Positions 29,901 through 39,809 of a DNA stretch of 64,000 bases are shown piece after piece (positions within the stretch are counted from its first letter, which is position 1; each line of letters starts with the position of its first letter). The notes beneath the pieces are model-generated. The model was not told the origin of the DNA. It worked only from the letters and a program-made list of their open reading frames with translations, and ran no database searches. Origin of the DNA: Leptolyngbyaceae cyanobacterium (lineage in GTDB: Bacteria; Cyanobacteriota; Cyanobacteriia; Phormidesmidales; Phormidesmidaceae); assembly GCA_965263355.1 (NCBI GenBank), contig CBDHHL010000056.1, positions 1,024,001-1,088,000 of the forward strand, read 5' to 3'. The translations under genes were made by a program, and so were the position numbers.

Positions 29901-32900
29901 TCGCAAGCGATCAGGCAGTTAGTCGCAGTCCAATCTATGTTTTCAGGTACGTCTGCTTGAACCGATGTTACTAAAGGTAAGTCTTCCGGTAGGTACTCCA
30001 CTGTGAAGTTTCTTACCCAGGTCTTCCCTTGTTCCTTAGTCTCAGACGACACCCTACCTGTAGCAACTGCATGGCGAATCACCTCAGCAATTTCAGTCAG
30101 GGTGCTGTTGGCTAACTCAGGTGGCTCAACCACACCAGCCACACCATATTTTGCCGCCGTAGCACCAATAATTTCTCCTGCCTTAATGGACTCCAACCTA
30201 AGATCTTCCAGCAACCTCGCCGATAGGGGAATACTCTCTTTGGTGAACCCTGTTTCCTGGATAATCTTTTCCAACAGGGCATCTTCAATCGATTGCTCAC
30301 CTTCCCCGGTTTCAGTTTGCGACTGTCCATCCGGATTAGCTGAGTCTGCATCCGTAAGAGCTTGGTCCTTTAAGGTATCACCGAAGGTCGCCTCTGAATC
30401 CGACGGCCAATGTTGCACATCGGCTTTAATCATCTCGGCGACAAACGGTGCTCGCACATTCAAATAGTTTGAAAATGCCTGGGGCGATAGCTCCGTCAGC
30501 TGGCTCAATTGGTTGGAAATGCCAAAACCTACTGCTTCTGACGGGAGTTCAATCTCCTCAAAGGGTGTCTCACAAGGATTCGCAATAAACTGCTTGGGCC
30601 ACACCCAAGCACGCACCAAACGATTTTCATAAAGGACATTCCAATGAATGTCGCCGCCGTTGGCGTACGTGGCTGCCACTACTGTGTTGATATCTCGATC
30701 GGCACCACCTTTAGATTCAACCGGCAAGCAGGATGGCCCCTCCGTCCCCTGAATACTAAAAGTCAGCCCCGATAGTACTTTTCCAGGCCCCACCTCCACT
30801 AGCACATCACAGTGGGTAGAAAGAGACTCCACCAAGGCCATAAAATCTACCTGGGCAGTGATTTGGCGACTAAAATGTTCTCGCAGATCGAGTCCCGTCT
30901 CCATGGGCTGACCGTTGATACTAGAGAACAACGGTATCCTTGTTATGCCCAACGTATCAGGAATTTGGGCAGACTGGCGGAGTTTGGTGGCAGCGGCGGC
31001 CACAAACGGAGAGTGGAAGGCATTAGATACCGACAACAGACGTGTTTGGAAACCTGCATCTGTCGCCAGGTCAATCAAAACGTCCACATCGTCGCTTGAT
31101 CCAGAAACAATCGTCTGTGTTGGGCCATTGATATTGGCAATCACCACATTACGAGTGGTATTTTCACTCACCATCGCTAACAATGCCTCGGCTTGCTGCT
31201 TAGAGCATGCCAAACTAGCCATTGTGCCTGCATTATTTGTAGTAGACGCCATGGCCTGTCCCCTAAGGGCGGCTAACTGTAACAGCACTTTTTCATCAAA
31301 AGCACCAGCGGCATAAAAAGCGCTCAGTTCCCCCAAGCTATGTCCGCCAACGGCGACAGCTTCAATGCCAAGCTTTTGGAGATAATGCATCCAAATTAAC
31401 GAGGCCAAGCAAATGGCGGGTTGGGCTATGTCGGTTTGTGCAAGTTCTTTTTTCCAGGTACGAATCTGTTCTTTATCGTCTGCTCTATCTAGGGAGCGAT
31501 AGATGTAAGGGCCTACGGGAGAAATTTCCATGTCTTGCAGCCAGTCGTCCGCTTGACGCACCATGTCCTTGGCCCAGTCAAAACGCTCCATCAGCATGCG
31601 GGCCATGTTCAGCTGCTGCGAACCCTGGCCAGGGAATAGCAGGCCGATGCGACATTGGGACTTAGCATTAGATAGCCAAACAGTTTTTATAGCATTGACC
31701 TTGACTTCGCCAACGGATGGCGGCATCTCAATGAGAGTTTGTTCTAGCCATTGGAGGTGATCCGTAAGTTCGTCGGCAGTACTGGCCAATACTGCGGCGC
31801 GAATGGGGTGCTTTGGGTCTAGTTTGTGGGTGAGATCGGCGGCGAAATCAACTAATTCGCCGACACTAAGATGGCGTGCGATCGCAGCAACATCCTTAAC
31901 CTGTCGTTGTAATGAGTCAATAGACTCGGCGCTGAAGGCAAATAGCTCACTCTCCTGACTAGAGACAAGTAACTTATCTTCCGGTAAGTCTGGCTGCAGT
32001 CGTGGGGATGGCGCATCGCCAGACTCTAGGGTGACATGGCAATTACTACCACCAAAGCCCATGGCAGATACACCAGCTCTAAGGGGGGTATCAACGGAGC
32101 GACATTCTCCTTGCAAGATAGGATAGAGATGGGTCGCTGTGGCTTCAAACATCTCATTCGGTTCTTTGCAGCCTGCTGTAGGGGGCATTACTCTGCGGTT
32201 GACGGCCATGGCGGCTTTAATAAACCCACCGATGCCGGCTGCCGCCTTAGTATGGCCGATAATGGATTTGAGGGACGTCACACCGCAGATGCGTTTTTTC
32301 TCTGAATCCCCCATCGCTAGGGCAATAGCGTTGAGTTCGGTACGATCTCCCACGGGGGTGCCTGTTCCGTGTCCTTCAATAAAATCAAGGGTTTTGGGAT
32401 CGTATCCCGCCTTGTCATAGGCGCGATTCAAGGCCAGCGCTTGGCCTGTCGCACTAGGTGCAGTAATACCCACACCGGCACCATCCGATGAAATGCCCCA
32501 TCCGCGCAAAACAGCGTAAACATAATTGCCATCCCGGCGGGCATCTTCTAAGCGCTTTAAAACAACAAAACCGCACCCTTCTCCAGGAATAAACCCACTC
32601 GCTTTAAGATCATAAACAGACATGTCCTTGTTCGTCAGTGCTTTGGTTTTGGCGAAACCAACCATTTCAAAGGGGTCAAGACTAATATCTACTCCCCCTG
32701 CCAAAGCAAGGTTTAGCTCGCCATTGTTAAGCCTTTCAGCCGCTGTTGCTATAGCAATAAGAGATGAAGAGCAGGCACCATCGACCGTGTACCCACCACC
32801 ATGGAGATCGAGATAATTACAGATCCGACCGGCAATGGTATTGGAGAGAAAACCGGCAAGACTATCTTGAGTAGTCGGTGAGAAAGGTTGTTTGTAATAG

Positions 32901-33412
32901 CGCTCTAGCGTCTTTTCTAATGCATGTATGGAGCTGGCGTCCAGGCCTAAAGAGTTGCCCGCTGCCCGCAGCGCTTTTGCAACATAGGGCCAGCGTAGCC
33001 GTGAGGAGTTGGAGCGGCTGACTTCACCTGTTAATGTATTGCCAATCACTACTCCAGTTTGGGCAGAAGGGATTGAACCATGGGAATACCCCGCGTCGGT
33101 AAACGCTTTCATAGCCGTATCCAGAGCCAGCCAATGAACAATATCTGTTGCCTCAAAGGTGGGTTTTGGAATCCGTTTGTCGATCCAATCAAATTCGAAC
33201 CCATCCAGAACGGCCACTTGCCGACCGTAGGTTTTGTCAGGTGTCAATGGGTTTGGATCAAAATAATCAGTGATCGGCAGGCGTGAATCTGGTGTGCGCC
33301 GAAACTGGCGACGTCTCGTTAAAATATTTTCCCAAAGCAGCTTCGGATCGGAGGCACCTGGATAATAACAAGCGATGCCTGTGACTGCAATTGCCGAAGA
33401 GTTATTCTGCAT
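26960..33412 (-). CDS. pksE: Enediyne-type iterative type I polyketide synthase (KS-AT-ACP-KR-DH-PPTase)
   Basis: LWENILTRRRQFRR.PDSRLP..DYFDP PksE-type N-terminus; DGACSSS (KS), GHSLG (AT), DLRLESIK (ACP), VTGGAKGIT (KR), YLKDH...LFP (DH), GCDIE...WTALEALVK (PPTase). Confidence 0.85.
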   Translation of the reverse strand: MQNNSSAIAVTGIACYYPGASDPKLLWENILTRRRQFRRTPDSRLPITDYFDPNPLTPDKTYGRQVAVLDGFEFDWIDKRIPKPTFEATDIVHWLALDTAMKAFTDAGYSHGSIPSAQTGVVIGNTLTGEVSRSNSSRLRWPYVAKALRAAGNSLGLDASSIHALEKTLERYYKQPFSPTTQDSLAGFLSNTIAGRICNYLDLHGGGYTVDGACSSSLIAIATAAERLNNGELNLALAGGVDISLDPFEMVGFAKTKALTNKDMSVYDLKASGFIPGEGCGFVVLKRLEDARRDGNYVYAVLRGWGISSDGAGVGITAPSATGQALALNRAYDKAGYDPKTLDFIEGHGTGTPVGDRTELNAIALAMGDSEKKRICGVTSLKSIIGHTKAAAGIGGFIKAAMAVNRRVMPPTAGCKEPNEMFEATATHLYPILQGECRSVDTPLRAGVSAMGFGGSNCHVTLESGDAPSPRLQPDLPEDKLLVSSQESELFAFSAESIDSLQRQVKDVAAIARHLSVGELVDFAADLTHKLDPKHPIRAAVLASTADELTDHLQWLEQTLIEMPPSVGEVKVNAIKTVWLSNAKSQCRIGLLFPGQGSQQLNMARMLMERFDWAKDMVRQADDWLQDMEISPVGPYIYRSLDRADDKEQIRTWKKELAQTDIAQPAICLASLIWMHYLQKLGIEAVAVGGHSLGELSAFYAAGAFDEKVLLQLAALRGQAMASTTNNAGTMASLACSKQQAEALLAMVSENTTRNVVIANINGPTQTIVSGSSDDVDVLIDLATDAGFQTRLLSVSNAFHSPFVAAAATKLRQSAQIPDTLGITRIPLFSSINGQPMETGLDLREHFSRQITAQVDFMALVESLSTHCDVLVEVGPGKVLSGLTFSIQGTEGPSCLPVESKGGADRDINTVVAATYANGGDIHWNVLYENRLVRAWVWPKQFIANPCETPFEEIELPSEAVGFGISNQLSQLTELSPQAFSNYLNVRAPFVAEMIKADVQHWPSDSEATFGDTLKDQALTDADSANPDGQSQTETGEGEQSIEDALLEKIIQETGFTKESIPLSARLLEDLRLESIKAGEIIGATAAKYGVAGVVEPPELANSTLTEIAEVIRHAVATGRVSSETKEQGKTWVRNFTVEYLPEDLPLVTSVQADVPENIDWTATNCLIACESAEVEFASCLREAMQAQGAQVQVVSFEQVCHPLQIEMTAFSHLIAILPRQSKATTISPNSLRAIVDRLQPFTAPPAADSRQHANLTVGYVQFGGGVFGTNYPGAAIDQTCTQALAASLHLERPDLKVRSLDFSPTVSPPQLAERVMAELATPEPYAAVGYNAELQRLMPRPVVQEAADYQPRSITWTGEDVMLVTGGAKGITAECAIALAESTGVKMALVGSSPQPNEADDNPRSQAILTTLKRFEEKSLTCRYYPCDVTDFEAVQNLVAQVQREMGAITGVIHGAAINRPRSLDSISTAEALTEIAPKLNGVINLCTALNDVPLKLFVGLSSIIGFTGMQRNGWYGFSNEAMELLLQAFGAQHPQTEVLCPAYGVWDEVGMGFEMGAVRFLRQMGIGAISKDEGVRRFLNLVHNDPGQNRILVTGPMRTMAASTAGYDTWRSQPKPCARASKFLTVSGMATHEPRVEIVTRTQLSLENHPYLKDHHYKGSYLFPTVFGLEAMAQAAALVIGDDDFRVVRIEDIQLERGIVVDPEKGTEIEIQAHVIERQTKDESRKVKAAIRTELSGFAKDHFSATFVLDIDAVPPREPVELPDTPLDIRPDEDLYGSLLFQGPCFQRLEQFYSITGDRYLFTAQQIATGESDNPDNLNETGLLGDPFFRDALLQSGQAAMPQDVCLPIGIDSWEIYPPTHRGVRSLTGVATLNAQDEQGYTLSIAVVDGEGNLIERLTGYRLRRLEHRPDNPTAQQLAHPDQRDGEILQAKLAEISKKFGMPMPAAAVMNILGLHQREASDRHQLELPLIQTVMSKLRHRGNGELKQTLAIQSQPFESLEPEFIWLESGKPVVQNCVPDNLDISLAHDDRVCLCVADYGVQGCDIEPVKPRTVSDWIALLGESRRPLLQQLMDMDGAALAGARIWTALEALVKAQHAIQNLDLRIDARIGDSILFSGDNLSQKIISFPIQLTRGQTRMIALVVHPQQ

Positions 33413-33863
33413 AGGTCAATAAGAAGATTCCAATGTTTTGATAGAAAATTAGATGAAGCACTTAAACATACCTTCACCAATGGATTGAATCTAATTGATT
33501 AAAAACAGTCTTATTTCTTAGATTCAATAATTTTCCTATGCTATTATTCCCAAACGTCAGTATTCTTTTGGTCTGCTTATTATTACCTAGATTAAATATA
33601 GATCTAAAATTAAATAGCCCCCTTTTTATGAGGTTTTGCCAAGATTCTTTAGACATCATCTTGGTCCGATAGTTCTGGATCTACACATATTATTTTCGAT
33701 GTATTTACATTGGGCTAATTTGGGGAAATCTTGGATTGAAATAGCCTCAGTTTTAGTTGGGGAAATCGACTGTGACTGTTATATCTAGATATCTAATTTA
33801 TTAGCTTAATGCTTTGGCGAATATACACCTAGCTAAACAGTCATTTATTTTGGAGATGGTTTT

Positions 33864-34292
33864 ATGCCAGAGCAGTATTCTGAGAAACAAGTAAAGGAGA
33901 TCTTGTTTGAGGCCATGAATGGCTCAGAACAAAAAGTATTTTCTCGTACACAGTTGGAAGAAATGGCTGTAGAACTCGGTATTAGTCCAACCGCCTTAGA
34001 CCAAGCAATTACATCTGCTACGGCGAAACAACCATTCCCTCCAACTCAAGCCTATACTTCAAATCCATTCTCCCAGCTATCTGTGCCAAATCGGTTAGCA
34101 TCTGTTCCGCCAGTAAACCAGGTTGGATTTAATATCCACTTGAAAGTTTATTGCGCTGTGAATATCTTTTTGCTGCTGCTGAATTTTACCCTAGCGGGGA
34201 CAATTACTTGGGCTGTCTTTCCCCTGCTAGGCTGGGGCCTAGGTGTTTCATTACATTCAATCAGCGGAATTTCTAAGCGTTCAAGGCGCTAA
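33864..34292 (+). CDS. 2TM-domain membrane protein
   Basis: YSEKQVKEIL...LEEMAVELGISP N-terminus; FNIHLKVYCAVN...WAVFPLLGWGLGV.LH. Confidence 0.75.
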   Translation: MPEQYSEKQVKEILFEAMNGSEQKVFSRTQLEEMAVELGISPTALDQAITSATAKQPFPPTQAYTSNPFSQLSVPNRLASVPPVNQVGFNIHLKVYCAVNIFLLLLNFTLAGTITWAVFPLLGWGLGVSLHSISGISKRSRR

Positions 34293-34355
34293 TTTAAAGC
34301 TGTATTTATTTAGGCTTAGTCTGCGGCATAACGCTTTCAAAAACAAGGAAAATCA

Positions 34356-36164
34356 ATGTTAAACACTCCAGAAAAGGCAGCTGACAATTTGGTTTATGAT
34401 GTCGTAATTATGGGGGCAGGTTTTGCCGGTAATTGCCAAGCGCGACATTTACTGTTGAACATTCCAGGAATTAAAATTGCGTTAATAGATCCCCGTCCTC
34501 CAGAGCGCTCTGAAAAAGACTTAAAGGTGGGAGAGGCGACGGTAGAAATCGCTTCAATGTTTCTTACAACTTCATTGAAACTGCACCAGTACTTGATTGA
34601 AAATCATTTCCCAAAATATGGGCTTACTTTTCATTGGGCGAAAGATCCAGCAAAAACAACAAATGTGGAAGATTATCACAACATTTGGGTGAATGGCTTA
34701 CCTGCAATCGAAGCCTTTCACTTAAATCGCGCTACATTTGAGCAAGATGTCTTAAAAATGAATCAGGATATGGGAGCGACATTTTACAATGGTCGTGTTA
34801 CCCAGTTTGATTTAGCTTCAGACAATAGCTTGCACACCATTACTGTCAAGTTAAATGAAGGATATACTACCTTAAAATCATCACACTTAGTGGATGCAGC
34901 TGGTCGACGGTTTCTCATTGGGAAGAAAACCGACAATTTAATTTCCAATAACGAGAAGTTACTCAATATTAATACGGGAGCAGCTTGGCTACGAGTCAAA
35001 AATTTCAAGCCTAATCTTTACGATGGCGTTGAAGATCCGTCCTTTGGTAATGTGAATCGACACTATACAACACATCACTGGATGGGACATGGGCATTGGG
35101 TATGGACAATACCTATTAGCAATGCACCCAATGAGCTATCCATTGGTATTGCACACCATAAGGACGCAATTGCATCCAAAGATATTAATACGCTTTCCAA
35201 GTTCAAAGATTTTTTGAAGGCCAACCACACCTTTCTTTTTAAATTTGTTGAAAGTGGAGAGATTGTTGATTTTCATTATTTGCCTAAGGTTGCTCATATG
35301 AGCAAACAGCTCGTATCAAAAAATAATTGGTATGTGCTAGGCGATGCTGCTTACATGTTTGACCCATTTTACTCGTCAGGACACAGCATAACTGCCATAG
35401 CAGTTGAAAGTGTGACGGAAGTAATTCGAGCCAAACTTGCTAAGGAAGCAGATGCTGACAAAAAACAGGAACTATACAATCAATTCTTGGTACAGCACGA
35501 AAAGATGTATCGTCAGTTCTACCAAAAACATGAAGCCCATCTAGGCCATGCAAGCATAATGAGCTGGCGAATATATCTGGAAAATATGCTTTGGTTTGGA
35601 ATGCTGGTTCCCATGTTTGCTGGCAAATGGTTCCTCGATCCTCAATTCCTTAAAAGCAGTGAGAAGCTCAGTGAATACCTTGTTTGGGGGAAGGACTATA
35701 ATCTTTGTCAAGATATTTACGACCAGTTTGATGAATTAATCAAACGCGACATCAACATTGGTTTTATGGACTATACCAGAGCCGATCAACTGGCATTTGG
35801 ATATGGTCCACACAAATCTATTTTTACAGGAGATTGGACACACAACTGTAAAGTAGAACCTTTACGCTTAAATATTTTTAATAGTATGAAACAGGCCTTA
35901 TTTTATCTCGCCATTTTCTATTTTAAATTGCGATTAAAAGGGTTTGGCCTTAAGGGTGTTTTTAATCTTCAAACGTTGTGGCAAGTCTCTCGAATACTTT
36001 CATGGGCAATTTACTGTGCAATGGGGGAACAGATTTATCTAGTAAAAACGCGTAATCTTGCTAGCAACTCTATTATCGAAAAAAACAGAAAAGAATTTAC
36101 TACGTATCACTATCAACCCCAACTACAACCCTGGATTTCCCAGGATTCCAGCAAAACAGCATAA
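34356..36164 (+). CDS. Flavin-dependent halogenase-like oxidoreductase
   Basis: GAGFAG FAD motif, KVGEAT, WVWTIP halogenase motif, GDAAYMFDPFYSSG. Confidence 0.8.
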   Translation: MLNTPEKAADNLVYDVVIMGAGFAGNCQARHLLLNIPGIKIALIDPRPPERSEKDLKVGEATVEIASMFLTTSLKLHQYLIENHFPKYGLTFHWAKDPAKTTNVEDYHNIWVNGLPAIEAFHLNRATFEQDVLKMNQDMGATFYNGRVTQFDLASDNSLHTITVKLNEGYTTLKSSHLVDAAGRRFLIGKKTDNLISNNEKLLNINTGAAWLRVKNFKPNLYDGVEDPSFGNVNRHYTTHHWMGHGHWVWTIPISNAPNELSIGIAHHKDAIASKDINTLSKFKDFLKANHTFLFKFVESGEIVDFHYLPKVAHMSKQLVSKNNWYVLGDAAYMFDPFYSSGHSITAIAVESVTEVIRAKLAKEADADKKQELYNQFLVQHEKMYRQFYQKHEAHLGHASIMSWRIYLENMLWFGMLVPMFAGKWFLDPQFLKSSEKLSEYLVWGKDYNLCQDIYDQFDELIKRDINIGFMDYTRADQLAFGYGPHKSIFTGDWTHNCKVEPLRLNIFNSMKQALFYLAIFYFKLRLKGFGLKGVFNLQTLWQVSRILSWAIYCAMGEQIYLVKTRNLASNSIIEKNRKEFTTYHYQPQLQPWISQDSSKTA

Positions 36165-36338
36165 GTTTTAGGGGTAAGATGTTTGATAAAATAATGCCTG
36201 GTTCCTCCCTTGGCGTTGCATTACATCCTGTCCAATTCAAAGTCTCCACACTCAAGGGGATAGGCATGTATCAGGCTATCTAGAGGTTAAACAGCTGTCT
36301 TCGAATACGGACAGTCATCGCGAGAAAAAGGCAACACC

Positions 36339-37301
36339 ATGGTTTTAAAGATAGGGTCCTTGCGGCAACGTTTGTTTGGTCGGCCCCTGGTGGACATTAA
36401 TGACATATGGCAAGATTCTGATGTTGAAACTAGGCTACGTCAACAGCTGATCGCAGGTATTAACTCATTTATTACGGGGTATAATACCGCCCTTGAAGTA
36501 GGGCTAACCCCATCTCTATATGGTCAGTTGCAATCAACAGCACCTGATTTTCGCACCTTTGCCTATGAAGGGGCCGGCATGGGCATGGCCATGATAGACT
36601 GCACCACCCCCGGCAAGGGTAAACGCCTACTGACATTTGCAGAACAAGCTTCTAATTACACAAACCTGGCCTATATTGGCGCGGGCTTTACCATGGCCGT
36701 ACTGAATCGGAGTTTGAAAAGTACCCTAGGGCCAATCGATCCTATGTATCGCTGGTGGGTCGTGGATGGGTGTGGGTTTTATCATGGTCTTTTCCATTGG
36801 GAAAAAGCGGTTGTCAATCAGTGGGTTCCTCCAAAGATAAATGGATATGGACAACGAGCCTTCGACCGGGGAATTGGTCGCAGTTTATGGTTTAAAATCA
36901 ACGACAATATTGACAAACTTATTCATATAGTCCAAGCGTTTCCCGAACATCGCCGGGCGGATCTTTGGAGTGGTATTGGGGTGATGAGCACCTATTTGGG
37001 AGACTGCGATAAGGATAACCTGCTTGCTGTCAAAACTGCGGCTGGCACTTATGCATCCTACGTAGCCTTAGGGGCAGCCCTGTCCGCTACAGCACGACAC
37101 TTTGCCAACAATATTAGCGAACATCATAATGTAGCCTGTGCTGTCTATTGTGGAATGTCAGCAGAAACAGCTGCTAAGCTTGCTATTGAACTGGAACAGA
37201 CGTTGACGATTGACCCTGACGAATCTGTTTTTGAGTCTCATCCAATTTTTGAGACCCATCGCGAGAAAATTCGATCATGTTTTGTTTCACTTGAATCATG
37301 A
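36339..37301 (+). CDS. DUF1702 family protein (enediyne cassette E3/UnbL-like)
   Basis: FAYEGAGMG, YIGAG, VDGCGFYHGLF, AFDRGIGRSLWF, RRADLWSGIG. Confidence 0.8.
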   Translation: MVLKIGSLRQRLFGRPLVDINDIWQDSDVETRLRQQLIAGINSFITGYNTALEVGLTPSLYGQLQSTAPDFRTFAYEGAGMGMAMIDCTTPGKGKRLLTFAEQASNYTNLAYIGAGFTMAVLNRSLKSTLGPIDPMYRWWVVDGCGFYHGLFHWEKAVVNQWVPPKINGYGQRAFDRGIGRSLWFKINDNIDKLIHIVQAFPEHRRADLWSGIGVMSTYLGDCDKDNLLAVKTAAGTYASYVALGAALSATARHFANNISEHHNVACAVYCGMSAETAAKLAIELEQTLTIDPDESVFESHPIFETHREKIRSCFVSLES

Positions 37302-37402
37302 TTATGACTGATGAAAACCCTACAGAGCATACGCCAGGAAACCATCGAGCGAGCTGCCTGATGATTACGGGCTAAGCTCTACGTTTTTAGGGTATCAACT
37401 CT

Positions 37403-37438
37403 CCAAAGCCCCGGTGAACTAGTTCACCGGGGCTTTGG
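37403..37438. terminator. Perfect 36-bp palindrome between convergent genes (bidirectional terminator or REP-like)
   Basis: CCAAAGCCCCGGTGAACT|AGTTCACCGGGGCTTTGG. Confidence 0.65.
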
Positions 37439-37489
37439 GGCTCTGATTAAGAATCGAATAGCCATAGCGGCTATGGCAGGGCACGCTTG

Positions 37490-38332
37490 TTAGCTTGCTG
37501 ACCGACGTAGTTTACGACTTGCCAAGAGAGCAACTGCACCAAAGCTCAGTACAGCAGACGGTTCAGGTACATCCTGAGGATTCTCATTTTGAGGTTTCAA
37601 GTTGCTAATAAGGGCAATGCCGTCATTAGCGCATTCCATTAGGAGTGTGGCAATAAACTCTCCCCCTGGTAATAGAGAACGGTTGAAACGAAAGGTGTGA
37701 GTATCGTTACCAACAGCATCAAAATGCTCAAAATCCAGACCTTCAGTAGCTGCATCCTGTTTTGATAGGAAGTCAATACCGCCGATCAATGTGCCATCGG
37801 CAATAGAGTTCAATACAGGAGCGGTCTCACCCATATAGTCATAGGCCTCTTGCTTAGTGGCCAGGTCACCCATCGTATTTTGACGTTCATAAGAGCGGTA
37901 ATATTTCTTCAGGTGCCTATAACCTACATTGCTTAAGGCAACCGCTTGAGCGGTTACATCACTAAAAACACCTACTTGATCGACACCAGCATCATTGGTC
38001 TCCGCAAAGCGTACGCCAAACAGAGAACCGTTAGCCGTATTGATATCGTTACCAGTGAAATTGAAGAAAAGATCTCCCCAGCCCACATTGCCATCAGCTG
38101 CGCCACCATGGCTTTTACCGGTCAGAGGACTACCACCACTAATGGAAACATAAACGTGGTCTTGGGTCTCTTTCATTGCTAAGCCTTTAATTTCGTAGGG
38201 ACTGCCACCAGACGCATCGTCAAATGCATCGATACTGTAGTTCCAACCTTGGTGAAAGGTACCGGCATGGGCCGCATGGGCAACAGTAAAGCTGCATACA
38301 GCAGAGCCAATGAGTAAAGCTAAACGTTTCAT
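37490..38332 (-). CDS. PEP-CTERM surface protein
   Basis: Signal peptide; WNYSIDAFDD, WGDLFFNF, ECANDG; C-terminal VPEPS-TM-RKLRR. Confidence 0.85.
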   Translation of the reverse strand: MKRLALLIGSAVCSFTVAHAAHAGTFHQGWNYSIDAFDDASGGSPYEIKGLAMKETQDHVYVSISGGSPLTGKSHGGAADGNVGWGDLFFNFTGNDINTANGSLFGVRFAETNDAGVDQVGVFSDVTAQAVALSNVGYRHLKKYYRSYERQNTMGDLATKQEAYDYMGETAPVLNSIADGTLIGGIDFLSKQDAATEGLDFEHFDAVGNDTHTFRFNRSLLPGGEFIATLLMECANDGIALISNLKPQNENPQDVPEPSAVLSFGAVALLASRKLRRSAS

Positions 38333-38611
38333 AGTGGTGTGGTTCAGGAAATACTGAAGGGTTTTGTGTTTAGGTCACACTATAGGTATAACCGCTCCAT
38401 AAGAGTGTTGCCTTCCGCAATATGACTTTACTGTTATCCAGATGTCAGAGTAACGTCTCTCGCAAAATTACTGGCTTAATAGGTAAAATTTTACCCAAAT
38501 TGCAAAGGGTCTTTCAAGCTACTTAAAGTCATTATGTCTTTGAAGGGAATATTTTGTTCTGTTGATGTAAATACTTATTTTTGACCGTGTATTTACTTGT
38601 TGAGCACGCAA

Positions 38612-39598
38612 TTACACCCTTCTAGTTGATGGGATAACTAAGTCTACAACAATCGGTGCATGGTCAGAGCCTGTATCAGTACCGGTGTGAATGTCTGTGA
38701 CCTTAATCTCTGGGCTGACTAAACAATGATCGATGGGAATCTGTAGCGGCATCACTAACCATTGGAACCAGGCCGGTAAGCCATAGTAGCTGCTTAGCCT
38801 GGGCCAAGTGGGTTGAATACCAAACCCCTTACGTGCATTCTTTAGATGGGTTTGCCGAATCAGGGACTGATAATAAGGGGACCACATTGTGATATTCAAA
38901 TCACCCAGTAGTAAAACTGGATCGGTTTGGGTTTTAATGTAATTCCCGACATCGGCTAACAGCGTATTGCGAGATTGGAACATTTTATGTTCTATAGGTG
39001 GTAGAGGATGGACGGCAGCAAGAGAAAGTTGCTGTCCGGCTACTGTCAAATTTACCACCAACGATTTCCGGGCATGAAGACCAAATTGTTGGAGTTGTAT
39101 ATTGGATAGGGGAAACTTGCTGTATAGGATAATTCCCTCCTCTGAAGCAATATGGGTACTGTAAGGGAACTCCGTTTTCAGCGCATCTAGCTGATTCTCC
39201 ATCGCTTGACTGACTTCTATAAATAGGGCCAAATCGGGACGTTCAGTGGCCATAAGTGACAATGTTCGGGTGGCATCGTGATTGCTGAAATTTAGATTAG
39301 CTACAAGCACTCGATAATTGGCAGGCTGATTTCCCAAGTGCAATGGTAGATACCAGGGGATAACCTGGGCCGATAGAATAGCTGTACAGAAAAGGATGAT
39401 TAATACGTGACGTGTATGCCTTAAGAATAGGGCAATGGTTGCCAGTAGGAGTGTAGCTGTAAAATATTGGACTTGGAAATGAGAGAACACCTCTAAATAT
39501 AGGGACCAACCAAACCGATTTGTCAGTAAGGCAAAGCCTGTGATAACGACAACAATAATTGGACAGATGTATCTAAGGGTGCGAGAGACTTGTTTCAT
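38612..39598 (-). CDS. Membrane-anchored endonuclease/exonuclease/phosphatase (YafD-like)
   Basis: Three N-terminal TMs; VLVANL, FIEV, VHPLPP, GDLN.T.WS, PIDH, GSDH.P. Confidence 0.88.
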   Translation of the reverse strand: MKQVSRTLRYICPIIVVVITGFALLTNRFGWSLYLEVFSHFQVQYFTATLLLATIALFLRHTRHVLIILFCTAILSAQVIPWYLPLHLGNQPANYRVLVANLNFSNHDATRTLSLMATERPDLALFIEVSQAMENQLDALKTEFPYSTHIASEEGIILYSKFPLSNIQLQQFGLHARKSLVVNLTVAGQQLSLAAVHPLPPIEHKMFQSRNTLLADVGNYIKTQTDPVLLLGDLNITMWSPYYQSLIRQTHLKNARKGFGIQPTWPRLSSYYGLPAWFQWLVMPLQIPIDHCLVSPEIKVTDIHTGTDTGSDHAPIVVDLVIPSTRRV

Positions 39599-39809
39599 CG
39601 GCTTTGAGCAGAAAACATTGCATTACATAACAGCAGGCTCGTAAACCACGCCCCAATTACAATCTGTTTCTGCGGTTACAGAAAAACTAACGTTTTTAAC
39701 CTGGACAAGGTTTAATCAGTCTGGGCTACAGCATTGGGCTATCAATTCCAGAGTAACAGCAGGCAATTTGCAAACTCTTGACTATTGTGGGATATCTGCT
39801 CTGTATACT

